Below, piece after piece: positions 1 to 12,207 of a stretch of 64,000 bases of DNA. The stretch covers positions 41,602,001 through 41,666,000 of the forward strand of contig OZ024746.1 in NCBI GenBank assembly GCA_964016885.1, written 5' to 3'. The DNA is from Eledone cirrhosa (taxonomy: Eukaryota). The position numbers and the translations under genes were made by a program. Numbering within the stretch: position 1 is the stretch's first letter; each line of letters begins with the position of its first letter. The notes beneath the pieces were generated by a model. It was not told the origin of the DNA. It saw only the letters and a program-made list of their open reading frames with translations, and made no database searches.

Positions 1-84
1 TTTAATAAAACCTAGTATTTGACTGGATGGTGATATGGACAAAGACACTCAAAAACACACATGTACACACACACGCATATATAT

Positions 85-236
85 GACAGAGTTTTAGTGT
101 TCTTGCCTACAAATTCCACTTGCAAGTCATTGGTTACCATGAATGAACAGTGGGAGACATTTGCCTAAAATACAACACAATGGGATCAAACCAAAAACCA
201 CATGGTTGTGAAGAGAACATTGTAACATCCTGGCTA
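85..236 (-). mobile_element. Degenerate tRNA-derived SINE (family with second copy at 6412-6572)
   Basis: Shares aaattcact..caagtcattggtt..gaagacacttgcc..gggatcaaacc..atggtt with 6412-6572; B-box-like GGTTTGATCCC on the minus strand. Confidence 0.5.
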
Positions 237-470
237 TACTTTAGGGATCAAACTGTCCCAATTATAATTAGGATAATAGCTTTAGCAATTATTTCAGATA
301 TATTCATCAGGCTACATATTTCCAGAGAGGTGCATATAGCTGATGTGATTGACCTTTGAATGAAGTTTACCCCAGCAAGATTTGAATTCAAACATAAAGA
401 TAAGGTATATCAAACTATCACACACTATCTAAGGTATATCGAAATATCATCACCTTAGTATTACATACGT

Positions 471-597
471 GAATAACAAATACCCTAGTGATTGATATCC
501 GAATATCAAACATCCTAGTGATAGATATCTGGATGCCAAACACCCCAGTGAAAGATATTTGAATACCAAACACCAAGAGATTGATATCTGAATAACA
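471..597. repeat. Degenerate 30-bp minisatellite (about 4 units, gaatatcaaacaccctagtgatagatatct-like)
   Basis: Units start at 471, 501, 531, 561 and 590. Confidence 0.75.
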
Positions 598-901
598 AAG
601 GAAATGGAGAAACTATCCAAATATAAATATCTAGAGATAGAAATAACCTGAATGTGGATGATGAAGACAGAAACAATACCGATTATAATAGGTGCTATGG
701 GAATGATAAAAAAACAACACATAGAGAGTTACATAACCAAAACCCCAGGACTTACAAATATATACAGCATACAAAAGATAGTGCTATTAGGCACTGCACA
801 CATATTTCGAAAAGTACTCAGCAAAATCTACACTGCTCATACCCAAGGCACACAGAGCTGTGCTTGGTAAAGCAGTAATGATGCGCAATAAAAAAAAAAA
901 A
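595..901 (+). mobile_element. R4/Dong-clade (RLE) non-LTR retrotransposon 3' fragment with poly-A
   Basis: Translates TKEMEKLSKYKYLEIEIT*MWMMKTETIPIIIGAMG...IQKIVLLGTAHIFRKVL, matching the restriction-like endonuclease C-terminus; in-frame stop; A-tail near 888-901. Confidence 0.8.
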
Positions 902-904
902 GAA

Positions 905-1092
905 TTGTTTCTACTTTTGGCACAAGGCCAGCAATTACCCCAGTGCATTACTGGTGCTTTATTTTATCAACACGTAGGATGAAAGGTAAAGTTAACTTCA
1001 GCGGGATTTGAACTCAGAACGTAAAAGGCCATAACTCTATGCTGCAAACCATTGTATCTGACACTCTACCGATACTGCCAATCCACTGACCC

Positions 1093-1094
<2 letters not shown>
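905..1094 (-). mobile_element. tRNA-derived SINE family A (Meta-domain-like core)
   Basis: Minus strand shows A box TGGCAGTATCGG, B box GAGTTCAAATCC, core CCTTTCATCCT..GATAAAATAAAGCACCAG and tail GCTGGCCTTGTGCC..AGAAACA; more than 10 copies in the window; abuts (AAT)n. Confidence 0.9.
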
Positions 1095-1125
<31 letters not shown>

Positions 1126-2574
1126 GAAATCGCCAATCACCGTCATCATAATTTCATATTTAGTTTCCATATTGGCATCGGTTAGACATGCCCTCCCAGC
1201 TAGGTTAGAGGACCACATTTCGCTCATGGATTCCAGTTTTTTTGCATGCCCTTCTTAACACCAACCAACTGGAATTAAATTATATTTTGTTTACTAGAAC
1301 ATTTGAAATAGAAAGTATGTAGTAAAACATATATTTCTTATGATATATATTTCATGATCAGGAAAATGTTTCTTAATGTCAAATGGCTTATTGTGGCTTA
1401 AGGCCTTTTCTAATGTAATTTTATCTTAGATCTACTGTAGAACATTTATTTATCGTATTAAATGTTTTAGGAGCTATTCACTTTCTTGAGTAAGATGTTT
1501 TATCCAATGTCTAGAGTTTTATCTTTGAACACTGATTCTAAATATGAATTTTTAATGAAGTGATAATTTCGAAAAAAAACGTATTTTAATTATTTATGTT
1601 TGATGTTTGCTCAAATAAAACTGGATTCTTTTTACAGTATCATCATACAACATTCTTCATAAAATGAATTGGTTGAAATTTCAACCATGCAACAACATCC
1701 TATGATCATTTAGACCAAGAATACATAAACTAAAGCATAAAAAAACACTCTGAAATGAATATTAATCAGTAGTTATCAAGGTTTTATAAAGGTATTTATT
1801 TTAAATACATTAAACAGTTTATGGTGCTCAAAATGGTACATGCTATTTTTTACTTGATCAATAGTCATATTTCTTTTCTAAATACTGAATGTGAAATTAA
1901 CGAAGCTAACTCTGTATTTAATGATAATCAGAAATATTGATTTAGGTTTATTTATTATATATATTATACAAAATTCATATTGAATACGATTGATGTGAGA
2001 CTGCACTCTCAATCACTTATTAAATTTCATATTAACATTTCTGTGTGTATGTAATATACATTACATGACTGTAATAAAGTTTGAACCTACAGCAATGAGA
2101 TCTCTAACCCAGAACCTAAGCCTCACACACATTATGTGTTGAGAAGTATTTTCAACTTTTTCATTTAGCTATTTCTCATTGAACAAAAACCATTTCTTTC
2201 TTTCCCTAATTCTTACTTAATTGTCATATAATCCATATTTTATGTATTTTTCTGGCAAACTTTAAAAACACAAAAAACAATATCAAATAAAAAATGATTC
2301 ACATATGAATATTATTCTTATATGATTTGATGACTATGCACCAAACCTTATTGTGAAATGTTATTTGTCTTCAATAAATTGATTGTCATCTTTATTAATA
2401 AAAGAGCAAACATAAGGTTTTTTCTGTCAGTTCCTATAAATGAATTGCTTAATTTTCTAACTTTACCAATGGTTGAATAGTAATAAAAAAAAGTATATAA
2501 TAGAATAGCATAGTCTATATTAAACAGTGAAAGCATTGTTGATCAACCTGTGGTATTAGTCAGCTGTTTTCTAC

Positions 2575-2980
2575 AGTGAATTGATAGAAGCATTAGAGTA
2601 TCAGATGAAACAGCTTGTGTTATTCTACACTATACTACAGTATATATATTCTACACTATATACTACAGTATATATATTCTACACTATATACTACAGTATA
2701 TACTACAGTATATACATTCTACACTATACTACAGTATATATATACTACAGTATTAGGCAGTGAATTGATACAAGTATTAGAGTATAAGATGAAACATCTT
2801 GTGTTATTTATTCTGACTTCTTGTGTTCAATGTTCAAATTCTACCGAGATCAACTTTGCTTTCTATCCTTCCAAGATCAATAAAATACTATTCAGTGAAC
2901 TGGTAGAATCCTTAGAGAATTAGATGGAATGCATTCTGATTTTTGTTCAAGCTCTTTGAGTTCTGAGTTCAAATTCTATT
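2575..2980 (+). mobile_element. Three tandem degenerate SINE-A heads with an internal 28-bp minisatellite (2620-2751)
   Basis: cagtgaattgata..ttagagtat..gatgaaac repeated at about 2575, 2758 and 2893; unit tattctacactatatactacagtatata about 4-5 times. Confidence 0.65.
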
Positions 2981-3204
2981 GTTTCCTACTTGAGAGGGGT
3001 GGGGGACAGACTTAATCTGTCACCCAGTTTAACACCATCAGTTGGCCCTTAGTTAACTTAGCAGAGTCTATTCTGTTGCAAGAATTCAGACCAAGTCACT
3101 GTTTTGAGGATATCTTTCTTACTCCCACCCTCCTATTAGTCTTGTTGTCAGGATTTAAATGCAGAATGCAAACAGCCAGGATAAATACTATAATGCAATT
3201 TTGT

Positions 3205-3427
3205 TCAACACTTTTGCATTACTCTATATATACTATTGTATTTTCACGGTAAAGGCTTTACCTCACATAATTATCTCACATAATATCGAATCTATGACAT
3301 TTTGATATTATTTATTTTGAGAACAATAACTTAACATCAGTATCAGCAGCTGGGTACAGTTGGTTTGAACAGAAAGAAGTGAGAGAATTCTGGCAGGATA
3401 TGGCTGGTTTAAATGCTAAAGGTTTAA
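3205..3427 (+). mobile_element. piggyBac-type MITE family C (left end degraded)
   Basis: Body nearly colinear with 15097-15327; right end tttaaatgctaaaggtttaa. Confidence 0.8.
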
Positions 3428-5089
3428 TTGATTCTGCAAACTTGCCACCTTATAAATCTGAAATTTTCAAGGAAATAAATAAAAGTAGTAGTGGATATGA
3501 GCATTTATCAATTATAGATATTGTATATGATCCTTTGATATAGTTAAATTTGACTGTGGCTAATTTCAAGCTTGGGTTGAATACAAAATCTCATATTTTT
3601 CATTTAAAGTAAGAAAATGTAAATCATTATTTCATCTGAATTTTTGTTGAAGAAAAATGTCTGAAATACTTTCAATAGAGAAGTCTAACATAATATATGT
3701 CATAGGAGATTTGAGACAAAATATATAAGTATGTTATATTTTGAAAATATTTTAGAATTAGATTTCATGAGTAAAGTAAGTAATAGAAAATCTACATGAC
3801 AATACCCTATGAAATTAATTACATGACTTACACAGTACTGACAAATTGATTCAAATAATTTCTCTGGTTCATATGTAAGGATGATATTAACAAGAGAGTC
3901 ATATCTGAGAGATACTATTTAGATTATTAATTATAATATCTTATGAATGTATAGCTTTATTTTCATGATTTGATATTACTTTTGTTTGAGAATTCTCTTG
4001 ATGTAGCTTAAGTAAATTGAAATAAATGATACAACTTAATGAAATTAATAAATTTTAAACAACTTTAATTCTAAAAGATCCTGAGGAAGATGAATTCTGC
4101 CAAAATATATTGAAGAATGGTTTTAATTATATTTTAACTCAGTCAGTGAGACATTATATATCTATTTAAAGAAATTCCCACCAAAATGGCTTTCTATTTC
4201 CATTCTTAACAGTAAATTTGAAACATGTTATTTGAAAGTTCTATAAATGTTTAAGCTTTTCAAAATATAACAATACATGTTTCTGGGTAGGAGATAACAC
4301 ATGTAGAACTACTGCTACTTAACAGTAGGTTAGACAATTCAATTTGCACTCAAACAGAACAACAACAGATCCATACTGTCAACACAACTTGCTGACTCAT
4401 CACTTGTTCAACAGAAATCTGTGTTTTTTTTTTATTCAAACAGCTATCGAAGATAGAAGCAATTTTGTTGTTCTGTACTAGAATAAAAAGGATGAAATAT
4501 GGATGAATACAGGTCTTTAATTCAAACAGATCTCCAAGAAGGAGCATTCTGCCAAATTACATAATGACTGGCTTTAATTTTAATTAAAATCTCTGTGAAT
4601 AAGATATTTTATATAGAAAAAATAAACATATTCACACCAAAATGTTCTTCTATTTTCATTTTTATCAGAATATCTGAAACATGGGATTTGAAATTTTTTT
4701 AAATGTTTAACATTTTTCAAAATATAATCACTACACATTAAATATATAAAGAAATAATATTATCAGATTAAAATTTAATTTACCTAATTATTATTACAGA
4801 CATTACTAAATATTTGTGATATTTATACAATAAGGTGAAGAATTTTAAGGTTATAAAATTATTTGATGCATTCTTGAAGATATAGAAAAACCTTTATTTT
4901 GGATTTACACAAATATAAGTGGCAGGGCTCAGAATCTGATGAAAAGTTAAAAGATTATTTGAAATATCTACTATTGGAAATTGTCCAATATTTGCAATAA
5001 AAAAATGCAGTGACTAAATGGATGATAGTCTCCTAATTTAGGAATTCTGAGTCTTCAATGTTTTTGTATTATCAAATTTTCTGTGAAAC

Positions 5090-5345
5090 TAGGCACTACC
5101 ACTTGTAACACAGGAGAGAAGAAGATATACAAATAATTCATCAACCACTTTCTCTTCATGCCAGTCGCCATTAACACCTTTGGTGTTCTCAGACACTGGA
5201 CTGCTAGTTTCCTCTGCAAAATCAGGAGCTGTGCATCCTTCCTGAGGAATGAGCCCTATGAGCTGGAGTGGTTGATGCATCGAGTGTTGCTGGCTGTTCT
5301 CCATGGCAAATGCTTTTGCCATTTTGTTTGTTGGGGCATAACTGA
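5090..5345 (+). mobile_element. CRE-like (RLE) non-LTR retrotransposon C-terminal fragment
   Basis: FMPVAINTFGV..FLCKI..EPYELEWLMHRVLLAVLHG(fs)NAFAIL resembles the F.P.A.ET.G...L.QR.S.A..RGNA RLE terminus; homologous copy at 43705-43845. Confidence 0.6.
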
Positions 5346-5624
5346 GATATGTCACTTAGGCAGAGGTGTAGATCTGCCCATTCTTGTAATTAATTGTTTT
5401 CTCTCTTCCCATATATTTTGCAAAATATATACAACTATCTGGATATCAAGCTCCCAATTTATATATGAATGACAAAAATAGAGTAAACATAGTTGGTGTT
5501 ATTTAACTCCATATCAGTTCTTATTGAGTAGAATTATAGGCATAAGCATTCCAGTCGTGACTATCCCAGCTGTTTTCAGACATAGCATATTTATTTATTT
5601 TGTCATTGTAATTTCTAAGATGAT

Positions 5625-5853
5625 AGAGGAGGCAGTAGAGGCCCAGGAAGACCAAAAATGACTTGGATGGAAGATGTCTGTCGGGATCAAGCTAGGCTTG
5701 GCCTGGCCTGGCCCAAGTGAGGCCGGTGGACAGAAACACATGGAGGGATATGCTAAGGAGCGCTGTCAGGCAAGACCCACCCCTACTTAGACATTAATTG
5801 TGTCCTGCATAATACAAAAACAACAAAAACAAACTGAATGATGATGATGATGA
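5625..5853 (+). mobile_element. RTE LINE 3' end inserted in an older repeat (about 5510-5930)
   Basis: GSRGPGRPKMTWMEDV..DRNTWR motif and (ATG)n tail; flanks resemble the repeat at about 53680-53880. Confidence 0.7.
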
Positions 5854-6411
5854 TAGTGTATCATTTCAGAGAGATTTGGCTACTATTTTTAGCAGGTCAA
5901 ATGAATGTGTAGAGATGCACTAGTCAGCTCTAGCTCATAGTAAATATAATACTTCTAATGGGTAATCAATTGTGTCTCTTTGATGCCATGCATACCTAAA
6001 ATCAGATATTCCCATGGGTAAATTTCTTTTCTTTTCATACTTTGGCATCTTTGAATCCATGATCCTAGTTCATAATATAGTAGTGGTTTAATTCATCATG
6101 GTTGATCTAAACATAAATCACTCATCTGAAACTTGAATGCACTAAGTAGAATTCATTCTATTCTGATTTCATCTATTCTCTCACCAGTCTCTGAACCATA
6201 CCCCCCCCCCCCCCATCATCAGCATGTGATTCCCACAAAATATTTTGGTGTATATTTTTCTATAGCTAAATGTTCTTTTTGACATCAACTTGTACTTTAT
6301 TTTAAGTATGGTATATACTGAAATTTGTTGAGAGCTGTATTGTTTATGAGAGATATAAACAAATATCATTGCTTGTTGGTAACTGACACACACACACATT
6401 TTTTTTTATAC

Positions 6412-6572
6412 ACAATGGGCTTTCTTAGGGTTTGCAATTCTTAAATTCACTTGTGAAGTATTGGTTGTCCAAAGCTATAGTAGAAGGGACTGACCAACGG
6501 TACCCCACAGTGAAATTGAACCTGAAGTATGTGGTTCTGAAGCAAACTTCTTAAGCACACAGACATAACTAT
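6412..6572 (-). mobile_element. Degenerate tRNA-derived SINE (same family as 85-236)
   Basis: aaattcacttgtgaagtattggttg..gctatagtagaag..ttgaacctgaa..tgtggtt..aaacttctta. Confidence 0.55.
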
Positions 6573-6910
6573 GCGTCAGAAGTCCTACAATAAAAGTTCA
6601 AAAGTGTGGTTCTTCCAATTCTGACTAAGCCATAAAAAAGGGTCCTATAATATGCTCTCCCTTATTGAATTACCTTGCTAACTAAGGTTAATAGATTTAA
6701 AAATTTTGTGAGGGAGTCTGACAGAATGGGAAATGTAACACTTCACCTGATGAGCCAACAACAGTTGCAAGTTTTCTTGTTCTATTTCTTAAACATGATA
6801 GAATCTATTTAGAGGTTAACATTTCAATCATGTTTTTGCATTAAAAGAGAAAACAATATACAGATATTCATTTTTTTACCATGTAGCAGTCAAGTGAAAT
6901 TGATAGTCAA

Positions 6911-6977
<67 letters not shown>

Positions 6978-7068
6978 TATACACACACATATATATATAT
7001 ATATATTGTTTTTCTGATGATGATGATGTTTTGTTTTACCATTAAAACCATAAAAGTGCTTGATATAC

Positions 7069-7145
7069 CTTTTTATTAAAAGTATGTATTATATATTGAA
7101 TATAAATGTAGAAACCAAAATTCTCTCTCTCTCTCACTCTCTCTC

Positions 7146-7235
<90 letters not shown>

Positions 7236-7304
7236 GAGCGAGAGAGAGAGAGAATTTTGGTTTCTACATTTATATTCAATATATAATATATACTTTTAAT
7301 AAAA

Positions 7305-7306
<2 letters not shown>
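7069..7306. repeat. Fold-back palindrome centred on (CT)n(TA)n(GA)n
   Basis: 54-bp unique arms at 7069-7122 and 7253-7306 are reverse complements with one mismatch. Confidence 0.95.
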
Positions 7307-7352
<46 letters not shown>

Positions 7353-7927
7353 TGTGTGTATCATCAAATATCATAAGTTTGTTTTTGTGGATGTAATATA
7401 GTTATATCAGTTTTCAAAATCAGTGACAATGTAAAGATAAAGGTACTTAATTTTTCTGCTTTGAATCAGTATAATAAATTGAATCCTTTTAAATAAAAGG
7501 TTTTTATATAAAATATCAACCTTTGGTTATATACATTACTGACCCAATTCAATGAATGAATGATATTATGAATTCAGTCTCACATAGCTACAAATGTTCA
7601 GATTATTTTATTTTTATTTTTCTGTATTAATGTGTTCTCATCATCATCACTACCACCACCACTCCTCCCATTATCTTTAAAGTTTATCTCTCATCATCAA
7701 CATCAGTGCCATCATCAACATCATTGTTAACATCATAATAAAAATAAATGTTTCTTTCATAAGTTTGCCACAAGGGCTGATATATATTAATACAAATTCT
7801 GTTCGACAAGGGACTATAGGACATGTTCAATTTTTATCATTTTTTTTCTTTCTGCTTGTCTTCTGTTTTAAAATGATGTTTTTTTCATTTACAAAGACTT
7901 TAAAATAAAAAAATAAAATATTTTCAG

Positions 7928-8038
7928 GCATATCTGGAGGCAGCATCTCTTATTTCTCCTCTAGAGGAAGCCATATTAAACTACAAATATATGCCTATGT
8001 CAAACCTTATTTTTCTACCCAAGAGGAAAAAAAAATGA
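7928..8038 (+). CDS. Candidate terminal coding exon of an unidentified gene
   Basis: ttttcag acceptor, then AYLEAASLISPLEEAILNYKYMPMSNLIFLPKRKKK*; unique sequence; a phase-1 frame is also open to a gtaaaa donor near 8065; no recognised homology. Confidence 0.3.
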   Translation, partial: AYLEAASLISPLEEAILNYKYMPMSNLIFLPKRKKK

Positions 8039-8292
8039 CACACTTTTTGCAGAAAGTGAAACGTGGTAAAACTTAAATTTTCTCCAGAGCTGTGTTACAG
8101 ATATTGTTTCATTACAAACAATGACAACTACAATAATTATCATAATAATTATTTCTTTTTTGGGGAACCAGGGCTCAAGATGCTGGGAACAACTGTATAA
8201 GCATGTAATATAATGGAAAACAATAAAGGACTGTGAGCAATTTACATTGAGTAAAATGATGGGGACATATTAATTGACAATAATAATAATAA

Positions 8293-8700
8293 TTGATTTC
8301 TACTATAGGCACAAGGCCAGCAATTTTGGGGAGAGGGGAAAGCTTATTAAATCAACTCCAGTGCATTACTGGTACTTTATTTATCAACTCCGTATTTATC
8401 AACGAAAGGCAAAGTTAACCTCAGTGAGATTAAAAATCAAAATGTAAATGACCGCAACTCTATGCCGCAAAGCAGGGTGTCCAACGCTCTACCTATTCTG
8501 CCAAGGTGCAAAGCCAACAATTTTGGGGGGTGGAAAGTTGATTAAATCAACCTCCAGTGCATTACTGATACTTTATTTTATTGACCATGTAAAAATGAAA
8601 GGCAAAGCTAACCTCAGTGTTATTTTAAATCAGAATATAAACGACCACAGCTCTATGCTGTGAAGCAGTGTCCACTGCTGTACTGATGCTGCCAATCCAG
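8293..8700 (-). mobile_element. Two tandem SINE-A copies
   Basis: Two successive cores (ccagtgcattactg..aaaggcaaag..aacctc..ctctatgc..ctgccaa); preceded by (TAA)n. Confidence 0.85.
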
Positions 8701-9303
8701 CAAATGTCAAAATATAAAGATCTTGAAATTGAAATAAACAAGCTGTGGATCATGAAAGTAAAAGCTGTGCCAATATTATTTGGAGTACTGCATATTATAA
8801 AAAAGAAAATATAAATAAAAATATAGAAGCCAACATTATACACTGTCCAAAAAATAGCTCTGCTAGGAACAGACTACACCCTGTGCAGGACATTATTGAT
8901 TCAATATCGTGGTTCAAATAGAACAATCTTCATATACAACACACACATTAAACACTTAATACAATTAAATAACACAACTCATACAACACATATACTTCAA
9001 AATTAATATCCAATAAAATAACACAACTCACATTACACATACCATACACAACAGAATAAACACTAAAATTACACAAGAAACAACAAGCGAAACCCCCATA
9101 ACAAAGCAAGACTAATGCAATATATACTAACAGGAAGAATCTATACGCCTCCCATCCCATTTACACATAATAATAAGAATACATGGTACTGCATGGACAC
9201 AGGGTGCATAAGGCAATGCAGTTGAAACTTGCATTAAACTATCAACAAAAAACACACTAACAGCAATAATAGATAAACAAATAATAATAATATTAATAAT
9301 AAC
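8701..9303 (+). mobile_element. R4/Dong-clade LINE 3' fragment with probable A/C-rich 3' UTR
   Basis: MSKYKDLEIEINKLWIMKVKAVPILFGVL..TVQKIALLGTDYTLCRTLL, paralogous to 595-901; ends in a (TAA)-like tract; UTR extent inferred. Confidence 0.7.
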
Positions 9304-10769
9304 ATAAAATGTCTACAAACTATTTTTTGTAGGAAAATAATTTGGTAGGTTGACAAAAGCAACAAATAAGAGTTTGTAACCAGCTTATTAGAGAATGTTT
9401 CCTGTAAACTGGACTACACCTTATTTTATATAGTTGCCTGTTTAGGCCTGTCTGTAATTCTACTATTTTCAAACATTTACCAAGCTATTATATCAATGGT
9501 GGTGATTAAGTGGCAAAATGCCAGCTCTTTCAGAATTGATTCAGTCTTTTGTCCTTTTTCTGGTCAATAACATAAGTGCCAGTAAGTGAAATTGATTAGG
9601 AATAGAAAGGACAATCACATCTATTTAGTGGAAGGTGTGGTTATCTATGAAATTTCATGAAAGCAAAGTCTTATTTCTAGCTAGAACTAAGTACAAATGA
9701 AAATTTAATATTGGTTACTAATTGGACATTATTTATTTATTTATTTTTTTTGATAGTTTACAACTTAGCATTTCTCACTGAAATTATTGGATAAAAGTTT
9801 GTGAGATTTTGTTAGAGATAGCTTGTTGATGTTTTCTTGGTTTCCTTTAATTATCTAGTGAGTGTGAGTAATTAACGAAATAAATCCTAATTTTCATTTT
9901 ACAAGTAAGCTATCATTAATTTTGTTTTGTTAGGTCAGTGAGCCAAATTACAGTACATGCTGATATTCAAAGAAAAGCCAGCTTCTCATTGGGTGTTGGA
10001 TGAATTCCATTGTATTACATCTTCAATTCAATGTATATTTCATGATACAGCTGTTAAGATATCTAAGACTTAGTTAATGAGCCAATAAAAGCATGTGCTT
10101 TAGTAATGAAATTTATCAAACTTTAGAGCTTTATAAGAAGAAAATTAGATAGTTCAACATTATAAGGTTTTGAATAGGACATGGTGGATATATTATATGA
10201 GTTTGATTAGTAGTAGCACTAACATAGCAGGAAGGGGTGTATATGAAAGCATATACAATATATTTATGTACAATAAACATACCAGAGACTCTTGTATATT
10301 TATTGTACATAAACATATCTTATATGTCTTCATATACATGCCTATTAATATGAGTTTGGTAGAAATTAGTTTGTGCTACTCATATGTTATTCAGTGGGGA
10401 GTTGTCAGCGAAGAATTCAAGTCAACTACATGAAAATGTGTTATAATAGTCACAACAGTAGAAGTAATAGGTAATGGAAGATATCTAATAATTTGTTCAA
10501 GAAATCTCTGTCAAGAGGCTATTCTGATTACTCAGTCAACCTGAGACAATGAAATAGAAGATACTGATATGTGGAAAATTATTGATTGGAGTGAAGGCAA
10601 GGGCAATAATCACTTCAAGCAGAGAATATTTTACTTTGGTTGATATATATTTATAAATAAATATATATATATATATATACATATATATGTATGTATACAG
10701 GATATCCATAGATAAAAGGCCAAGGAAAAGAATGTTCTATCTAGTACAAGAGAGCGTATTTAGTTTATA

Positions 10770-10845
10770 TTAAATTTCATATTCTTAACATCCCCTTAGC
10801 ATGACCTTAGGTTTTAGAGTCCAATTATGGCCACCACTGTATAGA
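10770..10845 (-). mobile_element. Partial Penelope-like pseudo-LTR, inverted homologue of 11465-11535
   Basis: Reverse complement reads tacagtggtggcca..AAAACCTAAGGTCATGC..gatgttaag..tatgaaat. Confidence 0.5.
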
Positions 10846-11199
10846 TATACAAAATTAAATTACCCACTAGGTAACACACATTTCTATTCATACCTCCTAT
10901 ACAACATTTGTATATGGATATGTGTAAAAAATGTCTGTCCATTACTTCAAAATTTCTCATGGGGAATTATCTCTCTTGGTTTTTAAAGATGAACAGTTTA
11001 TGACATATGAGCTTCACCTTTCTTTAAGTATTTTAAAAACAGCTTACAACTTATGTTACATTCATATTATTCATAGCAAATTACATGCAACTCTTTGTAC
11101 ATATAGTTATGTAATAATATAACCTATTGATTTTGGGGAGTTACTTCCTTTGTTTTTGAGTAGAACTCTTTACGATCTATGACCATTATTTGTTAACAT

Positions 11200-11380
11200 T
11201 GGGTTGGCAGTATCGGTAGAGCGTCAGACACCATTCTTTGCAGCATAGAGTTATGTCCTTTATGTTCTGAATTCAAATTCTGCCGAGGTTAACTTTGACT
11301 TTCATCCTTACGGGGTCAATAAAATAAAGCACCAGTAATGCACTGGTGTGATTGCTGGCCTTGTGCCAAAAATAAAAACA
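11200..11380 (+). mobile_element. SINE-A with about 15-bp TSD
   Basis: A and B boxes, core and tail; flanked by attattttgttaacat and attatttgataacat. Confidence 0.9.
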
Positions 11381-11421
11381 ATTATTTGATAACATAACAA
11401 ATTTTTCTTTAAATTCGTCCT

Positions 11422-11510
11422 TGCATCTGATGAGTGAGGCCAGTTTTAGAATGGCTCCTTCACTTTACACTGGTGGCCAAACACTAAGCCCTGAAACCTA
11501 AGGTCATGCA
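11422..11510 (+). ncRNA. Type I hammerhead ribozyme-like motif (Penelope-like pLTR)
   Basis: TGCAT-CTGATGA-[59 nt]-GAAAC-CTAAG-GTC-ATGCA; stems I and III pair, stem II is irregular. Confidence 0.5.
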
Positions 11511-11535
11511 TAGATGTTAAGTGTATGAAATATAA

Positions 11536-11616
<81 letters not shown>

Positions 11617-11617
<1 letters not shown>

Positions 11618-11838
11618 TGTAAAGTGGTCATGTAGGTGTCACATCAAAAAGAACCCAGCACACACTGTAAATGTGGTTGGCATTAGGAAGCGCACCCAGC
11701 ACACACTGTAAATGTGGTTGGCATTAGGAAGGGCATCCAGCCATATAAACCTAGCCAGAAAAAGTTCTGTATGAGCAAGACACGGTCAACTCATCTAAGC
11801 CATGATAGGATGGAAAATGGATGTTAAACGATGATGAT
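11617..11838 (+). mobile_element. RTE-3'UTR-related element (family B)
   Basis: acccagcacacactgtaaatgtggttggcattaggaagggcatccagc...tggatgttaaacgatgatga; same tail as the RTE at 22970-23609. Confidence 0.8.
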
Positions 11839-12207
11839 ATATATATATAATTATCACTGTATAATGCTAATTTTTAATATTTCTTCTTCAAGTTATCCAT
11901 CTTATATATCGGATAAACAGAGCTGTTTTGCTAGAAAATGAATTGCCCATGGCAGATAGCGATACAGCTACTATATATGATGCTTAGTTGTGATATAAAT
12001 GGGTACCTGCTGGATGAATGAATACCTCTGAACAAAACAGCTGTAAGCTATTAAGGGAGCTGGAGCAATGAGTGACTTTGTTAGCTTTCAAGAAAACTCT
12101 CACAGCCAAATGATGTAGTTATGGAGGTGGGTAAAACCTGCCTCTATTGGTGGAAATTTGTAAAATAATAAATCCAGAACATTCATACATATACATATGC
12201 ATATATA

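Noticed and set aside
905-1094. tRNA gene calls at A/B-box sequences
   Set aside because: No cloverleaf or acceptor stem; multi-copy SINE heads, many with TSDs
1638-1791. AG..GT-bounded segment as a coding exon
   Set aside because: Stops in all three frames
5089-5355. 88-aa minus-strand ORF as a host exon
   Set aside because: The opposite strand fits an RLE retroelement terminus, and a degenerate second copy exists at 43705
6745-6775. CTGATGAG here and similar motifs at about 12373, 27231 and 29863 as hammerheads
   Set aside because: No correctly placed GAAA..UH or stem I
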